Positions 9,976-18,938 of a stretch of 64,000 nucleotides of DNA are shown piece after piece. The position numbers were made by a program, and so were the translations under genes. The DNA is from a virus. Lineage: Duplodnaviria > Heunggongvirae > Uroviricota > Caudoviricetes. The first letter of the stretch is position 1; every line of letters starts with the position of its first letter. Where the stretch lies: the IMG/VR virus record IMGVR_UViG_3300032335_000499; one strand, 5' to 3'. The notes under the pieces are model-generated. The model was given only the letters and a program-made list of their open reading frames with translations, made no database searches and had not been told where the DNA came from.

Positions 9976-11342
9976 CCCCAATCTCAGTTCCTGCTGAGCT
10001 TCCAAAGATTTCTAAAGTAGATTGGATGGCAAAGAACATGAACAAGTTCTGTGTCCTGCCCTGGATCAATCTACATACTGCACCTGACGGCAAAGTAAAA
10101 CTATGCTGTAGCATTCAGTACAGTAGCTTTGTTACTAACGCGGTCGATACTCCATTCAACTTTGGATATGATAGCATTGAAAGCATTTGGAACAGTGGCA
10201 ATATGCGCTACACTCGTGAAATGCATAGAGCTAACAAAGCGTTTTCGGCTTGTTACGAATGTTATAACGTAGAAAAGATTTCAGGCCATAGTCCTCGTAT
10301 GGGTCAGAATGAAGAATGGCTCAAGCGCAAAGAAAAGGATGAGTTCACTGCTGAGGTAGTAGATGATATTTCCCGTGAAGATGTTATCGATTTAGATAAT
10401 CTCCCCATCAGTCTTGAGCTACGATTAGGTAATCTGTGTAATCTACAGTGTATCACTTGCTATGGTTTAAGTAGCGCACCCATATATGATGAGAGGGCGA
10501 GACTATTAGAGCAGGGAGCAGTAGATGGTCCGGAGCATAAGTTCTTAAAGACAATGTGGAAGCACGAAAAGGATTTAGTCGATGCTACTGATGTAAAGAA
10601 TTGGTACGAGACTGACATGTTCTATGAGAACTTCCGTAAAGTTGCACCAAAGCTAAAGCGGCTTTATACTACTGGCGGAGAACCTACACTAATTAAAGCC
10701 AATTATAAGATGATGCAGATGTTATTGGATGCAGGCAATACTGACTGTGCTATTGAATTCACTAGCAACATGGTGGCTTGGAACTACGAATTCTACAGTA
10801 GACTAGAAAAGTTTAAGAACGTAGAAATTCAGATGAGTCTTGATGGAGCAGGCGATGTCGGTGCTTATGTTCGATATCCTAGTGATATGAATAGAGTCAA
10901 AGAGAATGTTATGAAGGCTGTGGAAATGGCTTCGTCTAGACCCAATTGGAAAATCAAGTGTTATACAGTGTTGCAAGCGTTGAATTATCGTCACATTGTG
11001 CCGGTTTGGGAAATGCTGAGAGAAGCAGCAGACACACATGCTAAGCACATTGATTGGTGGCCAATCACACTGTACTCTCCTCCCCAGCTTTCCTTAGCTG
11101 CAATTCCAATGGAAGCCAGACTATTATATCTTAAAGAGTTTAAGCTATTAGCAGCAGAATTTAATTCTACAGTAAGTTACTTTAGAATCAGTGAAAATAC
11201 TATGACACCTTGCATTGACTCTATTAAGAACCCAGAATATGATCCTGAGTTGCATGAAAATCTAATACGATACGTTAAGGTATTAGATAAGTCTAGAGAT
11301 ATCAGCGGGATAGAATTATTTAAAACGGAATTAGTAAAATGA
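9966..11342 (+). CDS. Radical SAM protein with N-terminal twitch domain
   Basis: FCVLPW...LCC...CYEC; CNLQCITC; TGGEP. Confidence 0.9.
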   Translation: MDLTPISVPAELPKISKVDWMAKNMNKFCVLPWINLHTAPDGKVKLCCSIQYSSFVTNAVDTPFNFGYDSIESIWNSGNMRYTREMHRANKAFSACYECYNVEKISGHSPRMGQNEEWLKRKEKDEFTAEVVDDISREDVIDLDNLPISLELRLGNLCNLQCITCYGLSSAPIYDERARLLEQGAVDGPEHKFLKTMWKHEKDLVDATDVKNWYETDMFYENFRKVAPKLKRLYTTGGEPTLIKANYKMMQMLLDAGNTDCAIEFTSNMVAWNYEFYSRLEKFKNVEIQMSLDGAGDVGAYVRYPSDMNRVKENVMKAVEMASSRPNWKIKCYTVLQALNYRHIVPVWEMLREAADTHAKHIDWWPITLYSPPQLSLAAIPMEARLLYLKEFKLLAAEFNSTVSYFRISENTMTPCIDSIKNPEYDPELHENLIRYVKVLDKSRDISGIELFKTELVK

Positions 11343-12328
11343 GTGAAGTAGATATTGTACAAGAAGAATTAGTTGCAATTAAGCCGATAGACCAGCCTTA
11401 TGTAAGTATTACGTGGCAAGTAAGTGACTTCTGCAACTATAAATGTTCTTACTGTAACCCTGGCAACTGGGCCGGTAAGAATAAAAGAGACGATGGCTTT
11501 GAAGAAATCATCAGTAACTTAAAGATTGTTATTGACAACTACAAAGCGCGGGGATATAAAGGATTTAAATTCTATTTCAGTGGGGGCGAACCTACAGTAT
11601 GGCCGCATTTAATTCCATTAATTAAATGGTTAAAGACTGAGATTGATGATCCGCACATCGGTATTAATACTAATCTAAGCCGTGCTACTAAATGGTGGGA
11701 AGAACATTATACACTGTTTCACGACATCGTTGCAAGCTTTCACATTGATTTCGCTGACCAAGAACGCTACATGACAAATCTATTATTCCTGCAGGATAAG
11801 GTTAACTATCTATGCTCTCGTATGATGATGCAAGAAGATAGATTCCAAGAAGTAATCGACTACGGCCAAAAGGTCAAAGAAACCTGTAAGAACTACAATG
11901 TAGAGTGGGTGCCGCTGTTTGACGATATTACAGTTAACGCAGGTCCTTGGGAATATGGCGAGAAGTGGATGACTGACTTCTTTGTGAAAAACTCATTCGA
12001 GAGTCAGCAAAGGTTACCTAAGCCTGAAGGCAGTAAGTGGAATACATCTAGTAAAGAAGTCTATATGAGCGGGCGTGAACTATCACTTAACGGTAATAGA
12101 ATCGTAGCAGAAAGACGCAACTTCTTCCGCGGATGGAAGTGCAACGTTGATGAATCATTGTTCATCGATACAATAGGAAACATCACTGCTGCTAGCTGCG
12201 GTCAAGGTCCTAAGATGGGTAACATCTACAGTGAAGTCAATCTAGTATCAGAGCCTATTATCTGCGGAAAGATACAGTGTACATGCGGTACTGATATTCT
12301 TATTACTAAGGAAAAAAATAATGGCTGA
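11339..12328 (+). CDS. Radical SAM protein with C-terminal SPASM/twitch-like Cys cluster
   Basis: CNYKCSYC, SGGEP, C-terminal WKC...ASC...ICGKIQCTC. Confidence 0.9.
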   Translation: MSEVDIVQEELVAIKPIDQPYVSITWQVSDFCNYKCSYCNPGNWAGKNKRDDGFEEIISNLKIVIDNYKARGYKGFKFYFSGGEPTVWPHLIPLIKWLKTEIDDPHIGINTNLSRATKWWEEHYTLFHDIVASFHIDFADQERYMTNLLFLQDKVNYLCSRMMMQEDRFQEVIDYGQKVKETCKNYNVEWVPLFDDITVNAGPWEYGEKWMTDFFVKNSFESQQRLPKPEGSKWNTSSKEVYMSGRELSLNGNRIVAERRNFFRGWKCNVDESLFIDTIGNITAASCGQGPKMGNIYSEVNLVSEPIICGKIQCTCGTDILITKEKNNG

Positions 12329-12656
12329 GCTTGCCCCGACAATATTGCCGCATGGCGAGTTGCACGAGGCGATAACCGCCGCGCTTAAGGAAATCTATGA
12401 TCCGGAAATTCCAGTAAATATATACGACCTAGGTCTGATTTACAATATTGAGATCAATGATAATAACCATGCTGTCATTTCGATGACACTGACTACGCCG
12501 AATTGCCCGGTTGCAGAATCGATGCCCGGCGACGTTGAGCAGCGGGTTAGCATAGTGCCCGGAATCAGCAGCGCCGAAGTGAACTTAGTTTGGGAGCCTG
12601 CATGGGATCCGGACAAGATTACTGATGACGCCAAACTAGAGCTTGGAATGTTATGA
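12321..12656 (+). CDS. sufT: SUF system Fe-S cluster assembly protein (DUF59/MIP18 family)
   Basis: DPEIPVNIYDLGLIY, MTLTTPNCPVAESMP, VWEPAW...AKLELGML. Confidence 0.9.
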   Translation: MAELAPTILPHGELHEAITAALKEIYDPEIPVNIYDLGLIYNIEINDNNHAVISMTLTTPNCPVAESMPGDVEQRVSIVPGISSAEVNLVWEPAWDPDKITDDAKLELGML

Positions 12657-13906
12657 CTAAACCACTCTATTGCGCTCTAGCATTTAACAGTATTAGCTTT
12701 GGCGCACACGGTGGCAGTAGACCTTGTTGTGCGGTCGATACATATTATTGGAGCGAGACTAAGAATAAGTTATCTGAGTATGATAATGAATTGTTGCCGT
12801 GGTTTAATAATAAAGAAATGGTTGATTTACGTCAAGATTTATTAGATGGTAAATGGAATCCTATCTGCAATCTATGTAAGATTCGTGAAGATGCCGGACA
12901 GCCTAGTACTAGAGAAATCTTTAACGAGACACTAAGCCATGTTGAAGAACGCACAGGCAGAGATTGGCACGAGACTACTGCTGAGATTGATGACTTAGAT
13001 AACATCTTTCTATTAGATATCACCGTCGGCAACAAGTGTAACAGCGCCTGTTTAATGTGTAATAGCAGCGCAAGCACATTGTGGCTGAAAGAGCAGACTG
13101 ATCTTAACGGTGGAAAACCGCCGTGGAAGCTAGACCCCATGTGGTTTGCAGATGAGCATGTACCTAATCTAGTAGACAATCTAACTAATCTAACAGACAT
13201 TCAATTTGTCGGCGGCGAACCAACAATTAACGATGACCATGTTGCGTTACTAGAAAGACTTATCGAACAAGATAGAGCTAAGGATATTAGTTTAGGGTAC
13301 GTCACTAACTTAACCAATATTAGTAAAGAGTTAACTGAACTATGGCATCACTTTGGTACAAAGCACATTACTATATCTGTTGATGGCGTAGGCAAAGTAA
13401 ATGAGTATCAGAGATATCCATTTACTTGGCAAAAGGTTGTATCACAGTTAGAGAATATTAAAAATATTACTAACACTGGTACGTTCTTTGTTGGACTTAG
13501 CTTAACTGTAACTAGTATGAACATATTAAAGCTAGATGAAGTTATTGAATGGTGGGAAGACCAAGTACTAAGCAATAGCTCGTTTCAAACATCGCTTCCG
13601 CATATTCAATGTGTAAACAATCCTTATAAGTTTGACCCACTATATATGCCTATGCAGATGAAGCTAGACTGTGAACTCACTATGCAACGCATCGAAGCAC
13701 TATGCGAACGTAGAGGATTAGGCGACAAATATGCACCTGCTATTCATAACATTAGAACTAATATTCTACAGAAGGAAGCCAGCGCAAAAGAAAGAAATCG
13801 TCATTGGGATGCAATGAAAGTATTTGTCAATAGACTTGATGTATATCGCAAGAGAAACATTTTTGATTACTTGCCGTTTATGGAAAAATACTGGGACTTA
13901 AAATGA
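12653..13906 (+). CDS. Radical SAM protein with N-terminal twitch domain
   Basis: YCALAF...PCC...CNLC; CNSACLMC; VGGEP. Confidence 0.9.
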   Translation: MTKPLYCALAFNSISFGAHGGSRPCCAVDTYYWSETKNKLSEYDNELLPWFNNKEMVDLRQDLLDGKWNPICNLCKIREDAGQPSTREIFNETLSHVEERTGRDWHETTAEIDDLDNIFLLDITVGNKCNSACLMCNSSASTLWLKEQTDLNGGKPPWKLDPMWFADEHVPNLVDNLTNLTDIQFVGGEPTINDDHVALLERLIEQDRAKDISLGYVTNLTNISKELTELWHHFGTKHITISVDGVGKVNEYQRYPFTWQKVVSQLENIKNITNTGTFFVGLSLTVTSMNILKLDEVIEWWEDQVLSNSSFQTSLPHIQCVNNPYKFDPLYMPMQMKLDCELTMQRIEALCERRGLGDKYAPAIHNIRTNILQKEASAKERNRHWDAMKVFVNRLDVYRKRNIFDYLPFMEKYWDLK

Positions 13907-14583
13907 AAATAGTTGGATTTGGTGATAGTTTTATTACTCCTAACGACCTACACTATTCCTATACTAACCTAATTGCTGCACATTTTAACACTACATTTGC
14001 ATCATACGCTCTTCAAGGCTCGGGTGCATGGGATGCGTACTTTCAATTAGAAAAGTATTTAAAGGATAATCCAGCTCCAGATGTTGTGTTATTTGCTTGG
14101 TCAGCTTCCGGGAGATTATATCATCCAGATATTAGAAATTTGTGCTACAGTTCTGTAGTAGTAAATTCCGTAGCACCGAAGATGCCTTCCGACAATCCAT
14201 TAATAGAAGCAGCTAAAACATACTATCGATATTTACATGATCCCATTAAAGCAGATATGGAACACCGTTGCTTGTATTACTGGATAGACACTGTATTAGT
14301 TCCAAAGTACCCAAACACTAAATTCATACATATGTGGGGCTTCCCTAATAACGCATGTGATTTCGGCAAGCCTGCTAAGATGGAATATCTACACGAGTTT
14401 ACCACTGCGGTCGAACTTAGACCTGCACTGGTACATCTTAGCTATATAGATGAGTGGCCGGGTGATTTGAGTAAAGAAACTAGGTGCCATCATATGACTC
14501 CTAAGATGCATAGAATTCTTGCTGACACTATCATTGCTGCAATTGAAGACTATAAACCCGGCTTACTAAATATCAAGCTATGA
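13903..14583 (+). CDS. SGNH/GDSL-like hydrolase or acyltransferase
   Basis: GFGDSF block I, GSG block II, C-terminal CHH. Confidence 0.55.
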   Translation: MKIVGFGDSFITPNDLHYSYTNLIAAHFNTTFASYALQGSGAWDAYFQLEKYLKDNPAPDVVLFAWSASGRLYHPDIRNLCYSSVVVNSVAPKMPSDNPLIEAAKTYYRYLHDPIKADMEHRCLYYWIDTVLVPKYPNTKFIHMWGFPNNACDFGKPAKMEYLHEFTTAVELRPALVHLSYIDEWPGDLSKETRCHHMTPKMHRILADTIIAAIEDYKPGLLNIKL

Positions 14584-15797
14584 CAATTTTAAATAAAGAT
14601 GCACTATACTACTTAGGAACACCTTGGAATGGCGAACCATTCAAAGAGATTCGTAATGACGAATTCATGTGGCAATCGTATGAAGACAGTGAAGATTTAT
14701 TTTATTGCTTTGGGTTTGGTAATTCCGATGCCTTCTCTATATTTCCGCTAGATACACTATTAACAACAGAACAAATTAATCAGATTAGAACAGGAGAGGC
14801 GTCACTAGCTATATCTAATAGTCACGAGGCGTTTCATTATATTGTTCCTATACTCTATCAAACTCTAGCTATCCAATATGATATCCCACCCGAACATATC
14901 ATATTGATATCTGAATCTGCTGATATCGCTTCACATATTACGATAGTTAGCAGTGAGCTTAACATGAGTGCGTTTAGATCACGCTGGGTACGTAGATTTG
15001 AGTATGATATTAAGATTAATCGATTGATTATGGGTTTTGATGGTCCTCCCTACGTTAACGGGGAACCCGGCATTAAGCTGCCAGAAACAATTACGCTAGA
15101 GAGTAAGCACTATGACAAGAAGTTTTTGTGCTTTAATCGCAGATGGCGCGGCAATCGCACAGTACTTGTATCGTTGTTACACGCATTAGATTTATTAAAA
15201 CATGGCCATGTTAGTTTGGGTAAGTCAGGTGACGATAGAGATTGGCTTTCCGCATCTAGTCGTGGAAAATACTTTATGGACAATAATCCAAAAGCAATAT
15301 CATTACTAGATAGCGTACAAGAAGAACTGGTTACTTCTTTCCCTGATTTATATCTAGATAGTGAAGATTTACTCACTAATAAAGCAGTACTAGATGCATC
15401 CACTAATTACCTATACAACGAGACTTACTTTAGTGTAGTAACAGAAACACTCTTTTTCAGAAAAGAAAGACCGGATGATTATGGAAGATTTCTAAGCGAA
15501 AAGACATTCAAGCCCGTAGCAATGAAGCATCCTTTTATTATAGTATCTACTCCTAACTTCTTAGAGAAGTTCAAAGAGATTGGTTACAAGTCATTTAGTC
15601 CTTGGATTAATGAAGACTATGATAAAGAAGACGATGACGCCACAAGAATGATGATGATTGTGCGAGAGATTGGGAGATTAGTCAACCTATCTGCTGAGGA
15701 ACTTGAAGAATTCTTAGTAGCAATGCGTGACATTTGTGAGCATAACTATCAGTTACTCACGAATAAGCAGCTACATGAATTTTATATGGACCTTTAA
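14580..15797 (+). CDS. Putative GT-B glycosyltransferase (GT10-like C-terminal motif)
   Basis: KFLCFNRR, YFSVVTET, FLSEKTFKP..MKHPFI, GYKSF...EDYD. Confidence 0.5.
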   Translation: MTILNKDALYYLGTPWNGEPFKEIRNDEFMWQSYEDSEDLFYCFGFGNSDAFSIFPLDTLLTTEQINQIRTGEASLAISNSHEAFHYIVPILYQTLAIQYDIPPEHIILISESADIASHITIVSSELNMSAFRSRWVRRFEYDIKINRLIMGFDGPPYVNGEPGIKLPETITLESKHYDKKFLCFNRRWRGNRTVLVSLLHALDLLKHGHVSLGKSGDDRDWLSASSRGKYFMDNNPKAISLLDSVQEELVTSFPDLYLDSEDLLTNKAVLDASTNYLYNETYFSVVTETLFFRKERPDDYGRFLSEKTFKPVAMKHPFIIVSTPNFLEKFKEIGYKSFSPWINEDYDKEDDDATRMMMIVREIGRLVNLSAEELEEFLVAMRDICEHNYQLLTNKQLHEFYMDL

Positions 15798-15799
15798 AC

Positions 15800-16597
15800 A
15801 TGATTGAAAATATTGACCTATCAAAATACAAGAGATTATTTACTATTGGCTGTAGCTTTACTGAGTATATATACCCTACGTGGGCAAACATATTGAGTAA
15901 GTCAATGCCCGATGCAGAATTTTATAACTTAGGATTGTCCGGCGCAAGCAACCCCTTCATTGCTAACCGGCTAGTAGAAGCTAATCTTAAGTTTAAGTTA
16001 TGTGAGACAGATTTAGTAATCATCATGTGGACAACTACGTGCAGAGAAACACATTATGTGCGAGGAAGATGGTTCACTCCCGGCAACATCTTCAATCAGG
16101 ATATATATGGTAAAGATTTTGTTGATAAGTTTGCTGATCCTGACGGCTATCTAATTCGTGACTTAGCTACAATTGAAATAACCACATCATACGCTAACAA
16201 TCTATCGTGCGATTATATAGGGTTATTGTCTACACCCATGGCCTTTAAGGATCCAACCAATGGGATACCCTCATATGATTTAGCTAACGAGATTCTTGAC
16301 ACACACAAAGACTTGCTATCAACATTCCCTAAGTCAATGTTTGAGCTTGAAATGAATAATCACTGGGACACAAGCTGCTCATATCGTAGTGATACGTTTT
16401 CGGGAGTACGTGCCGATTATCATCCGACCCCAACAAGATATTGTAATTATTTAATTAAGTTAGGTCTTCCTATTACACAAGACGCTATTGACTATGCAGA
16501 AGAATGCTCTCAGTTACTAGCTACACTTACCCATCGTAGTGAATTTGCTACTTTGTTCCCACAATGTCATAATTATAAAGCTCCGGGTGTTTGGTAA
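15800..16597 (+). CDS. SGNH-like hydrolase or acyltransferase
   Basis: IGCSFT, NLGLSGASN, DYHP (DxH) motif. Confidence 0.55.
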   Translation: MIENIDLSKYKRLFTIGCSFTEYIYPTWANILSKSMPDAEFYNLGLSGASNPFIANRLVEANLKFKLCETDLVIIMWTTTCRETHYVRGRWFTPGNIFNQDIYGKDFVDKFADPDGYLIRDLATIEITTSYANNLSCDYIGLLSTPMAFKDPTNGIPSYDLANEILDTHKDLLSTFPKSMFELEMNNHWDTSCSYRSDTFSGVRADYHPTPTRYCNYLIKLGLPITQDAIDYAEECSQLLATLTHRSEFATLFPQCHNYKAPGVW

Positions 16598-16633
16598 AAA
16601 TAACCGCGCATATCTAAACAATTAAATATTGTT

Positions 16634-17821
16634 ATGACAAAAGTAGCGATGATCGGTGTCGGCAAGTTAGGACAAGACTGTGCCGAAGTAATGGCAGAGC
16701 AGTATGATGTTGTAGGGTATGACGTAGAACCTCGTAACCCAGCATTTCCTATGATGCCATCAGTACAGGAAGCAGTAACGGATAGAGATATTATCTTTAT
16801 TGCTGCTCCCACTCCGCATGACCCAATGTATGGCGGTGAAACACCTACTAGTCATCTACCTAATAAAGACTTTGACTATACAATTGTTATGGATATCCTA
16901 ACTGAAGTTAACAAGTACGTAAATCAAAATCAATTAGTAGTATTAATCAGTACAGTACTTCCTGGCACGGTGCGCAGTCAATTGCGCCCATGCATTACTA
17001 ATGCACGATTCATTTATAATCCGTATCTTATTGCAATGGGCACAACTAAGCATGACATGGTCAATCCAGAAATGCTTATTATAGGAACCGAAGATGGTTC
17101 AACTACCGGCGATGCAAAAGAATTAATTGACTTCTATGCTCCATTAATGAACAATTCCCCGCGGGTTGAATTGGGTACATGGGACGAAGCAGAAGCTATT
17201 AAGATTTTCTACAATACGTTTATCTCTACTAAAGTTGCAATCGTTAACATGATTCAGGATGTTGCTGAAAAGAACGGCAACATGAATGTTGATGTAGTTA
17301 CTAATGCATTAGCTAACAGCACATATCGTATTACTGGTCCTGCATATATGACTGCGGGTATGGGTGACGGCGGCGCTTGTCATCCTCGTGATAACATTGC
17401 ATTACGTTATATGGCAGAAGAACTAGACCTAGGATATGATTTGTTTGATGCTATCATGAGAGCAAGAGAAGTTCAAGCAGAGAACATGGCTAAGACATTA
17501 CTTAAGTATGGCAAGAACGTAACCATTATTGGCAAGGCATATAAGCCCGGCGTACATTATACAAATGGTAGCTCAAGCATGTTAGTGGGTCACTATGTTG
17601 AACAATATGGTGGCGTTGTTAACTACTATGATGAACACACTGGTGATACTGATCTTGAAGAAGGCTGGACAGAAGTATATCTGATTGGCTATTGGGATAA
17701 GTATGTTGAGAACTTAACATTCAGTGCTGAGAACATTGCAACTTTTATTGATCCATGGCGCAAGCTATCAACAGACAAAGTATCGGGACATGTAATTCAT
17801 TATGGAAACACTCGTGGATAA
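16634..17821 (+). CDS. UDP-glucose/GDP-mannose dehydrogenase family protein
   Basis: GVGKLG Rossmann motif, ISTVLPGT, YNP, AEAIKIFYN, GDGGACHPRD (catalytic Cys), GKAYKP. Confidence 0.9.
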   Translation: MTKVAMIGVGKLGQDCAEVMAEQYDVVGYDVEPRNPAFPMMPSVQEAVTDRDIIFIAAPTPHDPMYGGETPTSHLPNKDFDYTIVMDILTEVNKYVNQNQLVVLISTVLPGTVRSQLRPCITNARFIYNPYLIAMGTTKHDMVNPEMLIIGTEDGSTTGDAKELIDFYAPLMNNSPRVELGTWDEAEAIKIFYNTFISTKVAIVNMIQDVAEKNGNMNVDVVTNALANSTYRITGPAYMTAGMGDGGACHPRDNIALRYMAEELDLGYDLFDAIMRAREVQAENMAKTLLKYGKNVTIIGKAYKPGVHYTNGSSSMLVGHYVEQYGGVVNYYDEHTGDTDLEEGWTEVYLIGYWDKYVENLTFSAENIATFIDPWRKLSTDKVSGHVIHYGNTRG

Positions 17822-18938
17822 TATACCATATCATATTGCTAGATTGTGGCCTGAGTTAGTAGAAAACTCTGACTTAGTTCATATAATTTACTGTGGGAGA
17901 AATATTCCTAATAGGGGATTTTTAGCTATTAATAATGCTACTATTGCAAATGAAATTAATCAAGTATTGAATCAAGGCAAAACTATAATAGTGTTTGACA
18001 ATGTACGTGAAACCTTAGCTGAGGCAGAGATTGTAAAGGTGCATGAAATCATATCATTATCTGATATTAGTAATGATAATGTTTATTATCTAACATCAAG
18101 TAATGATGGTATAGTACACTATGAAATGCTATGTGATAAAAATAACTGGCAACCAGTAAAGTTGGTGATCCTACCAACGTTTGAATATTTGGCAGTAGAT
18201 TTATCTAGGGTTAATCACGCTGACCGTGAATATATTATTGAAAATAAATCTAAGAAATTTCTGTGCTTGAATAGACGCCCGCACCTACATCGTGTATCAT
18301 TGTTGGGTATGCTTTCACACAAAGACCTAATCAGTGAAGCACATTATTCATACTATGATGATTCTTTTTGCAAGAGTCTTTTAGCAGATACTTTGATTAA
18401 TGAAAAGTTCACCAGTGAATCTGCAAGTTGCATATTTGAGGGTATAGAAAAAATCGATGCATCTTTGCCCTTGCGTCTTACCCTAGACCAAGAAGCAAAC
18501 AACCCAGACGGCGTTACTAACGTTGATGAATATTTGTTTAGCGAAACATATTTTAGTCTCATCACTGAAACTTTCTTTTTCTCAGGCTCATATTCGAACG
18601 AACTCAACACCGTGTTCATGTCAGAAAAAACGTTTAACGCAATACTAATGAAACATCCTTTTATTATATTAGGAACTCCGCATTCATTAGACCACTTAAG
18701 ACATTTGGGGTATAGAACATTTTCCCCATACATAAATGAAGACTATGATCTTCCCGATAGTGACGAAAATAGAATGCTAAAAATTGTCACTGAGGTTGAA
18801 CGTTTATGCAATATGTCTGACATTGAATGGCTAGACTGGCAGCAGAATGTAAAAGAAATTGTTGACCACAATTATAATATTTTAGTAGAGCGAAGTTATG
18901 GCCCTATTAACAACGTACAACTAGGAAACACTAAATGA
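17802..18938 (+). CDS. Putative glycosyltransferase (GT10-like), paralogue of 14580..15797
   Basis: KFLCLNRR, FSLITET, MSEKTF...MKHPFI, GYRTF...EDYD. Confidence 0.5.
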   Translation: METLVDNIPYHIARLWPELVENSDLVHIIYCGRNIPNRGFLAINNATIANEINQVLNQGKTIIVFDNVRETLAEAEIVKVHEIISLSDISNDNVYYLTSSNDGIVHYEMLCDKNNWQPVKLVILPTFEYLAVDLSRVNHADREYIIENKSKKFLCLNRRPHLHRVSLLGMLSHKDLISEAHYSYYDDSFCKSLLADTLINEKFTSESASCIFEGIEKIDASLPLRLTLDQEANNPDGVTNVDEYLFSETYFSLITETFFFSGSYSNELNTVFMSEKTFNAILMKHPFIILGTPHSLDHLRHLGYRTFSPYINEDYDLPDSDENRMLKIVTEVERLCNMSDIEWLDWQQNVKEIVDHNYNILVERSYGPINNVQLGNTK

